From Phycisphaerales bacterium (GTDB lineage Bacteria > Planctomycetota > Phycisphaerae > WQYP01): a stretch of DNA of 32,344 nucleotides. How positions within the stretch are numbered: position 1 is the stretch's first letter; each line of letters opens with the position of its first letter. The notes under the pieces are model-generated. The model made no database searches. It was given only the letters and a program-made list of their open reading frames with translations, and had not been told where the DNA came from. Shown in pieces: positions 1 to 8,811 of the stretch. The DNA lies in NCBI GenBank assembly GCA_027451365.1, contig DAIDJN010000038.1, positions 1 to 32,344 of the forward strand, written 5' to 3'. A program made the position numbers and the translations under genes.

Positions 1-1
1 C

Positions 2-286
2 CCCGCATCCGGTGCTTACGAAATCTGCAGCCCGGTGTTCCACAAAGTCACGTTGCACCTGCAATCACCCTATTCCGGCGGCAAATTTGTGGTCACTGGT
101 TCAGCCCGGCCCATTGAAAACCCTTACATTGAAGGGGTCAAACTTAATGGCTCAAGACTCAACCGATGTTGGATTCCCGTTTCCGCCATAACCCATGGCG
201 GACGACTGGATTTCCACCTTGGTGCCACACCAAACCGTACCTGGGCCACCGCTCCGGCAGACCGACCGCCTTCGTTGACGCCTTGA
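2..286 (+). CDS. GH92-family alpha-1,2-mannosidase, C-terminal fragment (gene begins upstream of the window)
   Basis: Frame is open from base 2: PASGAYEICSPVFHKVTLHL...NPYIEGVKLNG...WIPVSAITHGGRLDFHLGATPNRTWAT. This matches the typical GH92 C-terminus (Y-x-IGSP-x-F; N-x-YI-x-S/G-x-x-LNG; GG-x-L-x-F-x-M/L-G-x-x-PN-x-x-W). Confidence 0.8.
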   Translation, partial: PASGAYEICSPVFHKVTLHLQSPYSGGKFVVTGSARPIENPYIEGVKLNGSRLNRCWIPVSAITHGGRLDFHLGATPNRTWATAPADRPPSLTP

Positions 287-584
287 GGCCAGTCTGGCCG
301 GCCTTGGCGATTATCGGCAGGCTCAAGACTATCCTGCATCAGATATGTGGCGATAGCGCGCAGCAGCCCCGCGCCCTACCTGTTTGCGGTTGTATTTGCC
401 GCTGCTGTTATATCAGTGGCATGCCAATACAGCTGAATTCTGCTCTGTCGCGACTGTAAAGAATCCGGGTGCGGTTTTAAGCCTGAGGTTACCAGCACTG
501 CGGCTATTGCGGTACAACCAGCGTTGCGACATCACATTAATCAATTTCGAACACAGATGAAATCCCAATATTCCGCCGTCTGCC

Positions 585-613
585 TTGCCACGCCAGCGGT
601 AAACGGTTGTAAT
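585..613 (+). promoter_or_regulatory. Candidate sigma70 promoter for the AIM24-MoxR cluster
   Basis: TTGCCA (585-590), 17-nt spacer, TGTAAT (608-613), about 47 nt upstream of the ATG at 661. Confidence 0.35.
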
Positions 614-660
614 CTATGGTTGTCGAATTCGTCGCACAATTAATCCGAGGAGCCGTTGTT

Positions 661-1359
661 ATGGGTGTGCCAGCTCTACTTGCAACACATGTCGTGGATG
701 AAAAATATGCCGGTTTAACCTATCACATTCAGGGAGAACTTGTGCCCGTTCTTCAAATTGAAATGGGGCAGACGGGCATCTATTTCGAGCATCATGTCCT
801 GCTTTGGAAAGACCCGGCCGTGAACATCGGCATCAAAACCATGAAGGGCGCTTTTAAGCGGATGATTTCCGGCATGCCAATTTTTATGACCGAGGCTGGC
901 GGTCCGGGCCGCATCGCCTTCAGCCGGGACGGACCAGGCCATATAATGGCGCTGCACCTGCAGGCAGGACAAACGGTGGATGTCCGCGAACACCAGTTCC
1001 TGGCCGCCAGTTCCAACGTGGACTTCACCTTCCGTCGGGTTCAGGGTGTGGCAAATATGCTGTTCAGCGGCACTGGCTTTTTTATTGATACATTCAGTAC
1101 GCAGCACCAAGAAGGAATCGTGTGGCTTCATGGCTATGGGAATATTTTTGAAATAACGCTGGCGCAAGGCGAACAGATTGATATTGAACCAGGCGGCTGG
1201 ATATATAAAGACCCGACGGTCAACATGGAAACCAAAATCCAAAAACTTTCCACCGGTTTTTTTGCTTCTGCAGGGCAAATGGTCTGGAACCGCTTCACGG
1301 GTCCCGGCCGCCTGGCTTTACAAAGCATGTACATGCCGCTGGAAGCTGGAGTGGAATAA
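661..1359 (+). CDS. AIM24 (TIGR00266/DUF124-like) family protein
   Basis: Three repeated beta-rich units with AIM24-type motifs (YHIQGELVPVLQIEM, GPGRIAFS, REHQFLAAS, GIVWLHGYG, RFTGPGRLALQSM). SD GAGGAG at 648-653 favours the ATG at 661 over the ORF-track start at 616. Confidence 0.85.
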   Translation: MGVPALLATHVVDEKYAGLTYHIQGELVPVLQIEMGQTGIYFEHHVLLWKDPAVNIGIKTMKGAFKRMISGMPIFMTEAGGPGRIAFSRDGPGHIMALHLQAGQTVDVREHQFLAASSNVDFTFRRVQGVANMLFSGTGFFIDTFSTQHQEGIVWLHGYGNIFEITLAQGEQIDIEPGGWIYKDPTVNMETKIQKLSTGFFASAGQMVWNRFTGPGRLALQSMYMPLEAGVE

Positions 1360-1398
1360 TGCCCCCCCACGCGGGACATGCGCCCGTGGAATTGATCC

Positions 1399-1695
1399 AT
1401 GGCACTAAAAAAAACCTATTGCGTGAATCATTCGGATCGCCCGGCCGTCGGCGTGTGCGTCATTACACGGCAGCCGGTATGTGAAGAATGCACCACCCGG
1501 TACGAAGGTGTTAATTACAGCCGGGCGGGGCTTGCGATTCTTAAAGCCCGTCGGGCGTCGGAAACCGGAACACGGTTCTGGCCTGACCGAGTATGGTTTA
1601 TCGTGCTTGGTGTTCTATCCCCGGCATTTCTTTTCTTTCTTTATTTTGCTCTGGTCACATTGGCCCGTTGGCTGATGCGAATGGAGGCTGCATGA
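1399..1695 (+). CDS. Small membrane protein with N-terminal B-box-like zinc finger
   Basis: C8-x2-H11-x8-C20-x7-C28-x2-C31 (CVNHSDRPAVGVCVITRQPVCEEC), then a long hydrophobic segment (VWFIVLGVLSPAFLFFLYFALVTLA). The stop overlaps the next start (ATGA 1692-1695). Confidence 0.75.
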   Translation: MALKKTYCVNHSDRPAVGVCVITRQPVCEECTTRYEGVNYSRAGLAILKARRASETGTRFWPDRVWFIVLGVLSPAFLFFLYFALVTLARWLMRMEAA

Positions 1696-2501
1696 CCCAG
1701 TCGCCAATTCAAGACCTGCGCGATGACTCACTTTTACGTGCCGGATTTGTCGGCCCGCTGGATGGTTCGCTGGAATATATCCGCCAGACCGCCGGATGGA
1801 TTCTGCCGTTGTACATTCTTGCGACCGGTCCGCTGATTCTGGTGGCCGTGGCCGAAATTTCCGCCATTATGGAACGGGATGTAACCGCATCGCAATTTTA
1901 CCTTCTGCTGGCACTGCCGGCACTGGTTTGGCGATGGGGAATCTGCTCGCTGATACAGTCGCGGGTTCTTGCGGACCTTTCGGGAACAAAGCCTCCGGCG
2001 ATCCGTAAAAGGATCGCCTTTATACTCGTGATCCGCACGGCGCTGGCACCTCTGGCGATCTGGGGAATTTTCTTTTTTGTTATTCCATCTCTTCTGGCCA
2101 TTGCCGCCGGTACCCTGGTCACTCCCCTGCTGCTTGATGCGTCCAATACCGGCTGGAACCAAGTGAAAAAACTGATGCGGTATAGCGTGGTTTCCACTCG
2201 CGCCATGCGTCTGGCCGCACTGCTGATGGTTATATTTCTGTTTGCGTCTTCAATGGTGTACGGCGTACTGGCGATCACGGGAACTTTTGTGCTGCCCTCA
2301 TTACTGGGAATCGCAGACCCGCGCATTGGAGTCATTCTTAACAGCGGGACACTGAATCTGGGACTTGACTTTTTTACCCTGCTGGCACTGGACCTGTTGT
2401 GGTGCGTGTCCGGAGTCATTCTCTTTCTTGAACTTGATGCCCGGCGAACGGGCGCGGATTTGCGAAGCCGCCTGCAAGCAATGCTGGAGGGTCCGCGATG
2501 A
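1692..2501 (+). CDS. Multi-pass integral membrane protein of MoxR/DUF58 operons
   Basis: About 6 hydrophobic segments. The C-terminal FLELDARRTGADLRSRL resembles the (Y/F)-x-D-x-R-x-R-x-EG-x-DL motif of membrane proteins in DUF4129/DUF4350/MoxR clusters. ATGA coupling at both ends supports a start at 1692. Confidence 0.75.
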   Translation: MTQSPIQDLRDDSLLRAGFVGPLDGSLEYIRQTAGWILPLYILATGPLILVAVAEISAIMERDVTASQFYLLLALPALVWRWGICSLIQSRVLADLSGTKPPAIRKRIAFILVIRTALAPLAIWGIFFFVIPSLLAIAAGTLVTPLLLDASNTGWNQVKKLMRYSVVSTRAMRLAALLMVIFLFASSMVYGVLAITGTFVLPSLLGIADPRIGVILNSGTLNLGLDFFTLLALDLLWCVSGVILFLELDARRTGADLRSRLQAMLEGPR

Positions 2502-3343
2502 GTTTTCAAGGACGAATCTTCGCGGCATGTCGACGATTCATTCTGTTCGCCGCTGGGCTGCTGCTGGCCGCGGGCATTGTTGCCGATACCGCGGGCGGCG
2601 CGGTTGCCAACCGGGTTGCCACCATGAATCGCAGTCGGGTGCACCCGCATCAGATACTGCGTCAGGTATTACAGGATCCGCTGTTTCACCAGTGGCAGTT
2701 GAAAACTTACGACCGCACTCCTAAATCCGCGATGGACTCCTATATTGCCAAAGTGCTTCGAACACTCCGGCATCTCCTGGACAAGATATGGAACAGGCAT
2801 TCACACGATCATTTCAAGCATACCGTTTTGTCACCAAAGGAATCCTCATCGTTTTCAACCGTGCTGGGCATTTTAGGAAAAGTCATCATTATTGTTGCCG
2901 TGATCGCAGTTGTTTTTCTTCTGATAAACCTGCTGGCGGGCCGTGATAAAAGGACTACCCCACCGCCACCGCCCGCCGATCTCCGGGATATTTCTGAAGC
3001 CCTGCAAGAGGGAGATGCTCTGGCACTGGAAAGTGATCAGTGGCTGAACAAGGCTCGTGAATTTGAATCCAGTGGCGAATTCAGGCTTATGTATCGGGCG
3101 ATGTATCTGGCTCTGCTGGCGGGTCTGCACGAAAAAGGAAAGATTCGCTTCCGGCGCAGCGCCACAAATTACGCGCTGGTGCGCGGGTTTATCGGCAACC
3201 AGTCTGAACGAACCATTTTTGGAAGCCTGACCGAACGGTTTGACCACGTCTGGTATGGCTGGAAGGTTTATCCGGCGCAAACTACAGCGGACCTCAAGTC
3301 CGCCATGACCACGCTGCTTACGGGGGAGAACCGCCATGCGTAG
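2498..3343 (+). CDS. DUF4129 domain-containing membrane protein
   Basis: N-terminal signal/TM, a central TM (GILGKVIIIVAVIAVVFLLINLL), and a C-terminal DUF4129 pattern (GEFRLMYRAMYLALL...L...G-x-I...ATNY...LTERFDHVWYG). Confidence 0.8.
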   Translation: MSFQGRIFAACRRFILFAAGLLLAAGIVADTAGGAVANRVATMNRSRVHPHQILRQVLQDPLFHQWQLKTYDRTPKSAMDSYIAKVLRTLRHLLDKIWNRHSHDHFKHTVLSPKESSSFSTVLGILGKVIIIVAVIAVVFLLINLLAGRDKRTTPPPPPADLRDISEALQEGDALALESDQWLNKAREFESSGEFRLMYRAMYLALLAGLHEKGKIRFRRSATNYALVRGFIGNQSERTIFGSLTERFDHVWYGWKVYPAQTTADLKSAMTTLLTGENRHA

Positions 3344-4775
3344 GGTTATGCCGGCAGCGCTGGGTATCGCTTTTATCCTGATGGCCTTCTGGTTTCTGAT
3401 CGACGAGGCTTACAGCACCGCACGGGGCGGCGCGCAGTTGCCGCTGGGGTCCGCAATGCGATATGACCCGTACGGCACAGCGGCGCTCTACCGCACACTT
3501 TTGCGGATGGGCCAGCCGGTGACTCTATTGAACCGTTCGATTCTCGATCGCGCAGACAAGGGCGTTCTTCTGGTAGTCGTTCCGCCTGGCGGAGGCCGCG
3601 CGGCGACGGAGAATTACAGTGTTTCGTCCGGATATAATCCGCCGTTGCTGAAATGGATTCGAGCCGGCAATACATTTCTTGAATTCAGCCAGAACCAGAC
3701 GCGAATCATGAGCCATTTCGGCGTCACGGGACAGCGAGTCATTCCCCATTTTGGAAAAATCACCCGCAAAACCAGAAAGGCGAAGGAAGACAACCGGAAA
3801 TCAAAACGCAAGAAACCATGGAATTTTGTCCATGAAATGCACATGGATTCCGGGCAGATACAAAGTTCGCGGGGGCCTTGGTATTCAATACTTTCCGCTG
3901 GAAAAAACCCGGACAGGCTTAAACCGTGGCTTACACCCTGCCTCTGGACTCCACCGAAAACAACTCACACACCGAACATGATCGCCGACCGCGGCCACCA
4001 GCCACGCAGCACGAAGGAATCAGTTGTCATGCTGGCGCCGCAGTCTTTTCTTACAAGTCATTCAGCAAAGGCCAACCACGACCGGTGGCATATTCTGGCC
4101 GTGGCAAATGCGAAACCTGTCGCCATCGAACGAAAATATGGATCGGGCCAAATTATTTTCGTCGCCTCGCCATGGCCGGTCTATAACGCGGGGATAACGC
4201 AGGCGGACAATCTGAATTTTATACTGGCCCTGGTGGGAAAAAGGCCGGTCATATTTGATGAATGGCAACTGGGGCTGGGACAGAACGAATCGGTCATTCG
4301 CGTGCTTGCCTCCAACGGGCTGATACCTTTGCTGCTGCAACTGATCCTGCTGCTTCTGCTGTACGCCTGGAGTCGAGGCGGTTATCCCATTCAACGCGGC
4401 AACCCCGCTTCCGCGCGCACCGACACCATATCAGACCAGATTATGTCCCTCGGACACCTTTACGCACGGTCACTTAGCGCCCAGGAAATTGCGCAGCGGA
4501 TTCATCGGGAAATTATTGAACGACTCTCTTCGGCCATCGGGTGCCGGCAGGAAGAACTGCCACAGCGCGTCGGCGGACTTCCTTCCGATCTTTCGGTTAA
4601 AGCCCGGTACCTTCTGAACAATATAAACTATACAGATAATTTAATATACAAGCCATCCCGAATGAAACGGAATACAAAACAACGTTCGAAGGATAACCGC
4701 CGGCTTATTGAAGTGCTTGCACAATTGTCGTCTTTATGCGAGGAGCTTAAACGTGTCCGATATTCAAAATCCTGA
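3336..4775 (+). CDS. DUF4350 domain-containing membrane protein
   Basis: N-terminal TM, DUF4350 motif S-x-x-YDPYGTAALY, 'LLKWIRAGN', 'YGSGQII...NAGI..ADN', 'VIFDE', second TM (LIPLLLQLILLLLLYAW), and 'SLGHLYAR'. Typical position immediately before MoxR. Confidence 0.8.
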   Translation: MRRVMPAALGIAFILMAFWFLIDEAYSTARGGAQLPLGSAMRYDPYGTAALYRTLLRMGQPVTLLNRSILDRADKGVLLVVVPPGGGRAATENYSVSSGYNPPLLKWIRAGNTFLEFSQNQTRIMSHFGVTGQRVIPHFGKITRKTRKAKEDNRKSKRKKPWNFVHEMHMDSGQIQSSRGPWYSILSAGKNPDRLKPWLTPCLWTPPKTTHTPNMIADRGHQPRSTKESVVMLAPQSFLTSHSAKANHDRWHILAVANAKPVAIERKYGSGQIIFVASPWPVYNAGITQADNLNFILALVGKRPVIFDEWQLGLGQNESVIRVLASNGLIPLLLQLILLLLLYAWSRGGYPIQRGNPASARTDTISDQIMSLGHLYARSLSAQEIAQRIHREIIERLSSAIGCRQEELPQRVGGLPSDLSVKARYLLNNINYTDNLIYKPSRMKRNTKQRSKDNRRLIEVLAQLSSLCEELKRVRYSKS

Positions 4776-5727
4776 ACTGATCTGGGCTATTGAAACGCTT
4801 GCGGCCGTGCGGGCGCAGGTTTCCGCTGTTGTCCGCGGCCAGGAAAATGCACTGGACAGCATGCTGACGGCATTGCTGGCCGGCGGCCACGCGCTGCTGG
4901 AAGGTGTTCCGGGAACGGCGAAAACGCTGGCGGTTCGAACCATGGCGATGACACTGGCCTGCCGGACAAAGCGCATCGCCTTTACGCCGGACCTGATGCC
5001 ATCCGATATTACCGGCACCACTATCCTGACTCCGGGAGATCGCGATTTTCATCTGCACCAGGGGCCGGTGTTTACAGACCTGCTGCTGGCCGATGAAATA
5101 AACCGCGCACCGGCGAAAACCCAGTCGTCGCTGCTCGAGGCCATGGCGGAAAAGCATGTCACCATAGACGGCATGCGTCATTTGCTTTCGCCGGTGTTCA
5201 CCGTATTTGCCACGCAAAATCCAGTGGAATTTGAGGGAACGTATCCCCTGCCGGAAGCCCAGCAGGACCGCTTTTTATTGAAGATTACGCTGGACTACCC
5301 GTCCGAGGAGGCTGAAACCTTTATTCTTCAACGCTCCCATGCCGGACAGCCGCTGGATAATCTGGAATTGGCAAACTTAAAGCCACTGTTGGATGTAAAC
5401 GGTTTATTGAGGGCGCAAGCGGCCCTGGCGCTGGTGCGGGTGGATCCGCCGATTATTAAATATATTCTCGACATTGTACGTGCCACCCGTCGGCATGAAG
5501 CTATTCTTCTGGGTGGCGGCCCACGGGCCTGCATCGCGCTGCTCTTATGCGCCAAGGCGTGGGCATTGATACATGACCGGGATTTTGCCTCTCCGGATGA
5601 TGTCGTTCGGCTGGCTGAAGCTGTGCTGAGCCATCGGCTTACACTATCGGCCGATGCGGAGGTGGCCGGCGCGAGCAAATCGGAAGTGCTGACCCGAATT
5701 CTTGAAACTATTGAGGTGCCGCGATGA
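4753..5727 (+). CDS. moxR: MoxR-family AAA+ ATPase
   Basis: Walker A LLEGVPGTAKT, FTPDLMPSDITG, Walker B LLADEINRAPAKTQSSLLEAM, ATQNPVEFEGTYPLPEAQQDRF. The GTG at 4753 follows SD GAGGAG at 4740-4745. Confidence 0.95.
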   Translation: MSDIQNPELIWAIETLAAVRAQVSAVVRGQENALDSMLTALLAGGHALLEGVPGTAKTLAVRTMAMTLACRTKRIAFTPDLMPSDITGTTILTPGDRDFHLHQGPVFTDLLLADEINRAPAKTQSSLLEAMAEKHVTIDGMRHLLSPVFTVFATQNPVEFEGTYPLPEAQQDRFLLKITLDYPSEEAETFILQRSHAGQPLDNLELANLKPLLDVNGLLRAQAALALVRVDPPIIKYILDIVRATRRHEAILLGGGPRACIALLLCAKAWALIHDRDFASPDDVVRLAEAVLSHRLTLSADAEVAGASKSEVLTRILETIEVPR

Positions 5728-7085
5728 TACTGCCCGGACGCATGGCGATGGGGCTGGCGGCCAGCGTAAGTCTGCTGTTGCTGGCGGCTGCACTCGCGAC
5801 TCATTCGCCCGCTGGGGAATCGCTCCTGCTGACCGCCATAGCGCTTGATGCTCTGCTGGCCATAGCCATGACGCTGGACGGCTTTTTACTGCGACGCGCA
5901 CAGATTGTCCTTGAGCCGCAATTTCCCAAGCGGGGCGAGGCGGAACGCGAAATTCAAATTGTCTGGTGTATTGAAAACCGCGGCACCGGCCCCATTTACA
6001 TCACGCTTGAATTCACCGATCTGGCAGATGAATTAGCCACAAATTCGCCAGACCGACCGTCCGAGCGTCTGTTACCCTCAGCCCGCCAATGGTTACTCCA
6101 ACCGCGGCAGGCAATTGATGCGGCATTCCGTATTACCCCTGCGAACCGTGGCCTCTTGTACTTGCCAAAGCCCGTCCTGACAACAGCCCATCGGTGGCGA
6201 CTGGCGCAATGCCGGACGGTCGGCCCCAAGCCGCCGCCGATCACCATTTATCCAAGCATCGCGCCGATCCGACGTTATGAAGCGCTGCGCCGCAACCGGG
6301 CACTCAATCAGATCGGCATGCACCAGCGGAGGCTGGTTGGGTCTGGCAGGGAATTCGAACAACTCCGAGATTATCTGCCCGATGACGAATTTCGCGATAT
6401 AAACTGGAAAGCCTCTGCGCATCACCGCAAATTAATTACCAATGTCTTTCAGATGGAGCGCAGCCAGGATGTGCTGCTTTGCCTGGACGCGGCCCGAATG
6501 ATGGCCATGCCGGTATCCGGGCGCACCGCACTGGATTTCGCAATTGATGCCGCCATTCTGCTGGCCTATACCGTGGCTCGTCAGGGAGACCGAGTGGGTC
6601 TGGCGGTGTTTCGTGATCAGATGGAAACATTCATTAAGCCCGCCGGTTCAACCCGCGCCGTATCGCGAGTCATAAAAGCGATGGTAGAGGTTCAGCCCAA
6701 AAATCTCTTCCCGTCTTACGCCGCACTGGCCGAGGCAGTTCGGACTCGGCAGAATCGGCGCGCCATGATCTTTTTGTTTACTGATATGAACGATCCGCAG
6801 TTAACCACCAATCTTTCGGAAATAGCCGGATCATTCCGGCGGCGGCATCTGCTGACTGTCATTTCATTGCGAGATCCGCTGCTGAATCAGGCGGTGAGTT
6901 GTGCACCGCGCACGACCACGGAAATGTTCCAAGTGATGGCCGCCCGCCAGTTGCTGATACAACGCGATTCCCACAAGTCGAAACTTAAACTGGCTGGTGC
7001 CGGTCTGCTTGAAAGCGATGCTGGCGGTCTGTCAATTTCGGTAATCAATCGTTATTTAACCATTAAGGCCCGCCAACTGGCATAA
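5724..7085 (+). CDS. DUF58 domain (vWA-like) protein, MoxR partner
   Basis: GREFEQLRDYLPDDEFRDINWKASA motif, vWA-like LCLDAARMM, GDRVGL, IFLFTD, and two N-terminal TM segments. ATGA overlap with moxR. Confidence 0.9.
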   Translation: MILPGRMAMGLAASVSLLLLAAALATHSPAGESLLLTAIALDALLAIAMTLDGFLLRRAQIVLEPQFPKRGEAEREIQIVWCIENRGTGPIYITLEFTDLADELATNSPDRPSERLLPSARQWLLQPRQAIDAAFRITPANRGLLYLPKPVLTTAHRWRLAQCRTVGPKPPPITIYPSIAPIRRYEALRRNRALNQIGMHQRRLVGSGREFEQLRDYLPDDEFRDINWKASAHHRKLITNVFQMERSQDVLLCLDAARMMAMPVSGRTALDFAIDAAILLAYTVARQGDRVGLAVFRDQMETFIKPAGSTRAVSRVIKAMVEVQPKNLFPSYAALAEAVRTRQNRRAMIFLFTDMNDPQLTTNLSEIAGSFRRRHLLTVISLRDPLLNQAVSCAPRTTTEMFQVMAARQLLIQRDSHKSKLKLAGAGLLESDAGGLSISVINRYLTIKARQLA

Positions 7086-7131
7086 ACAGACATCGGTCGC
7101 CCGTCCCGGCCAGTCGGCACGGAGGTGTCGG

Positions 7132-8742
7132 CTATTCAGGCAGCGACCGCAGATATTCCACTATCAGCCGCACACCAAAACCGCTGGCATTGTCGCCGGA
7201 AATGTATCGCTGTTCTTTCCGTGGATTGGCAGTACCGGCTATGTCCAGATGTGCCCATGGAATATTTTCCGGCACAAATTCATTCAGAAACATGCCACCT
7301 TGAATCGGGTGAGCCTCGCGGCCGCCGCTATTGGTAAAATCCGCATGCGGGCTTTCCAGCAGTTTGGCATACCGTGGATGCAATGGAAGCCGCCAGAGCC
7401 ATTCACCGGTCTTCTGTCCCGCAATCACCATCTGGGCGGCAATTTGATCCTGATTGGTCATCAGACCGGCAAAAACACCGCCCAGTGCCGTAACCACACC
7501 ACCGGTAAGAGTGGCCATATCTGCGATCGCCCGCGGTTTATATTTTTTACAGGCGTAGGCCAGCGCATCTGCCAGTATCATGCGGCCTTCGGCGTCGGTA
7601 TTAGTTACATCAACTGTTTTACCATTGTACATTCGTATAATATCACCGGGCCGGTAGGCCGCGGCATCCACTGAATTTTCCGCAGTCGGAATAACGCCGA
7701 TTACACGCTGATTCAGCCCGATACACGCCACAGCCCGCATGATGCCCATCACAGCCATGCCGCCGCATTTGTCATATTTCATGGCGCCCATGTCCGCGGC
7801 CGGTTTAATTGATATTCCACCAGTATCAAAGGTTACGGCTTTGCCGACAATCACAACCGGGCTTTGTCCACGGCGACCGACCGCTGGATTATATTCCAGG
7901 AAAATCATGGCTGGCGGCGTTTGGCTCCCCTGGCCAACGGCCAACAGGCCGCCCATGCCAAGTCTGGCGGCGGCTTTGGCATCCAGCACAGTGCATTTCA
8001 AACCAGTCTGACGGGCCATGCGCCGCGCTTCAGATACCAATGTGGCCGGGTTCACCACATTGGCTGGCTGACAGGCAATATGCCGCGCATAGTTGGTCGC
8101 GGCGGCAATCTGCACCTGACTGGCCACAGCAATTTCATTAGCAGATGTCGGCGAAATCCGGGAAAGAATAATGCGAACAGTCTTGGCCGTGGAAACACTG
8201 GCCTTTTTTGCGGCCCCTTCCGAATTGTCTTCTTGAGTTTTACCGGATTTATACAGCTTGAACGAAAATCCGCCCAGCACCGCCCCTTCGGCAAACGCAG
8301 GAGCCAATTCCGCCCAGTTGCGCGCCCCGGTATCATTTAGCAGCGCCCCCGGATGCACCAGCAGATTCCGGAGTTTCAAATTCTGTGCCGCCTGAACGGC
8401 CCGCGCACCGGCCCAGCGCATCAGATCTTCCTGATCCTTTAAAAAATCGGCGGACTTTCCCAACCCAAGCAGAATGATTCGCGGCAGATTGCCTGCCCCC
8501 GGGACGGCCTGCCACGCTCCGGCCTTGGCCTTGAAATCTCCGCGGGCCAGCACGCCGGCGACAGTGTGGCCGATGTCTTTGGGCAGACCGGTAAAATCCA
8601 ACAGATCAGCCTTGGAATCTGAAAACAGAAAAATCGCTACCGCATCCGCATTGGCGGGAACCCTGGCATCCAATTCGAATTCGGCGACCGGAGTCAGTTC
8701 CGCAATGGCTGGTGAAAATTTATTACGACGGATAGAGGGCAT
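7132..8742 (-). CDS. pepA: Leucyl aminopeptidase (M17 family)
   Basis: VGKAVTFDTGGISIKP, MKYD, NTDAEGR metal-binding signature, DMATLTGG, WAHLDIAGT. Confidence 0.95.
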   Translation of the reverse strand: MPSIRRNKFSPAIAELTPVAEFELDARVPANADAVAIFLFSDSKADLLDFTGLPKDIGHTVAGVLARGDFKAKAGAWQAVPGAGNLPRIILLGLGKSADFLKDQEDLMRWAGARAVQAAQNLKLRNLLVHPGALLNDTGARNWAELAPAFAEGAVLGGFSFKLYKSGKTQEDNSEGAAKKASVSTAKTVRIILSRISPTSANEIAVASQVQIAAATNYARHIACQPANVVNPATLVSEARRMARQTGLKCTVLDAKAAARLGMGGLLAVGQGSQTPPAMIFLEYNPAVGRRGQSPVVIVGKAVTFDTGGISIKPAADMGAMKYDKCGGMAVMGIMRAVACIGLNQRVIGVIPTAENSVDAAAYRPGDIIRMYNGKTVDVTNTDAEGRMILADALAYACKKYKPRAIADMATLTGGVVTALGGVFAGLMTNQDQIAAQMVIAGQKTGEWLWRLPLHPRYAKLLESPHADFTNSGGREAHPIQGGMFLNEFVPENIPWAHLDIAGTANPRKEQRYISGDNASGFGVRLIVEYLRSLPE

Positions 8743-8811
8743 AGGCTACCTTTCAAAATTGCCGCGGCACATTTTTATCGCCAGCGGCGCAACATTATTC
8801 AAGCGGTGATT

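Noticed and set aside
149..330. 11-bp direct repeat GGCTCAAGACT (149-159 and 320-330)
   Set aside because: Only two short copies, one inside a coding sequence, with no array structure.
1898..2650. 250-aa - strand ORF
   Set aside because: Shadow of the coupled membrane genes on the + strand.
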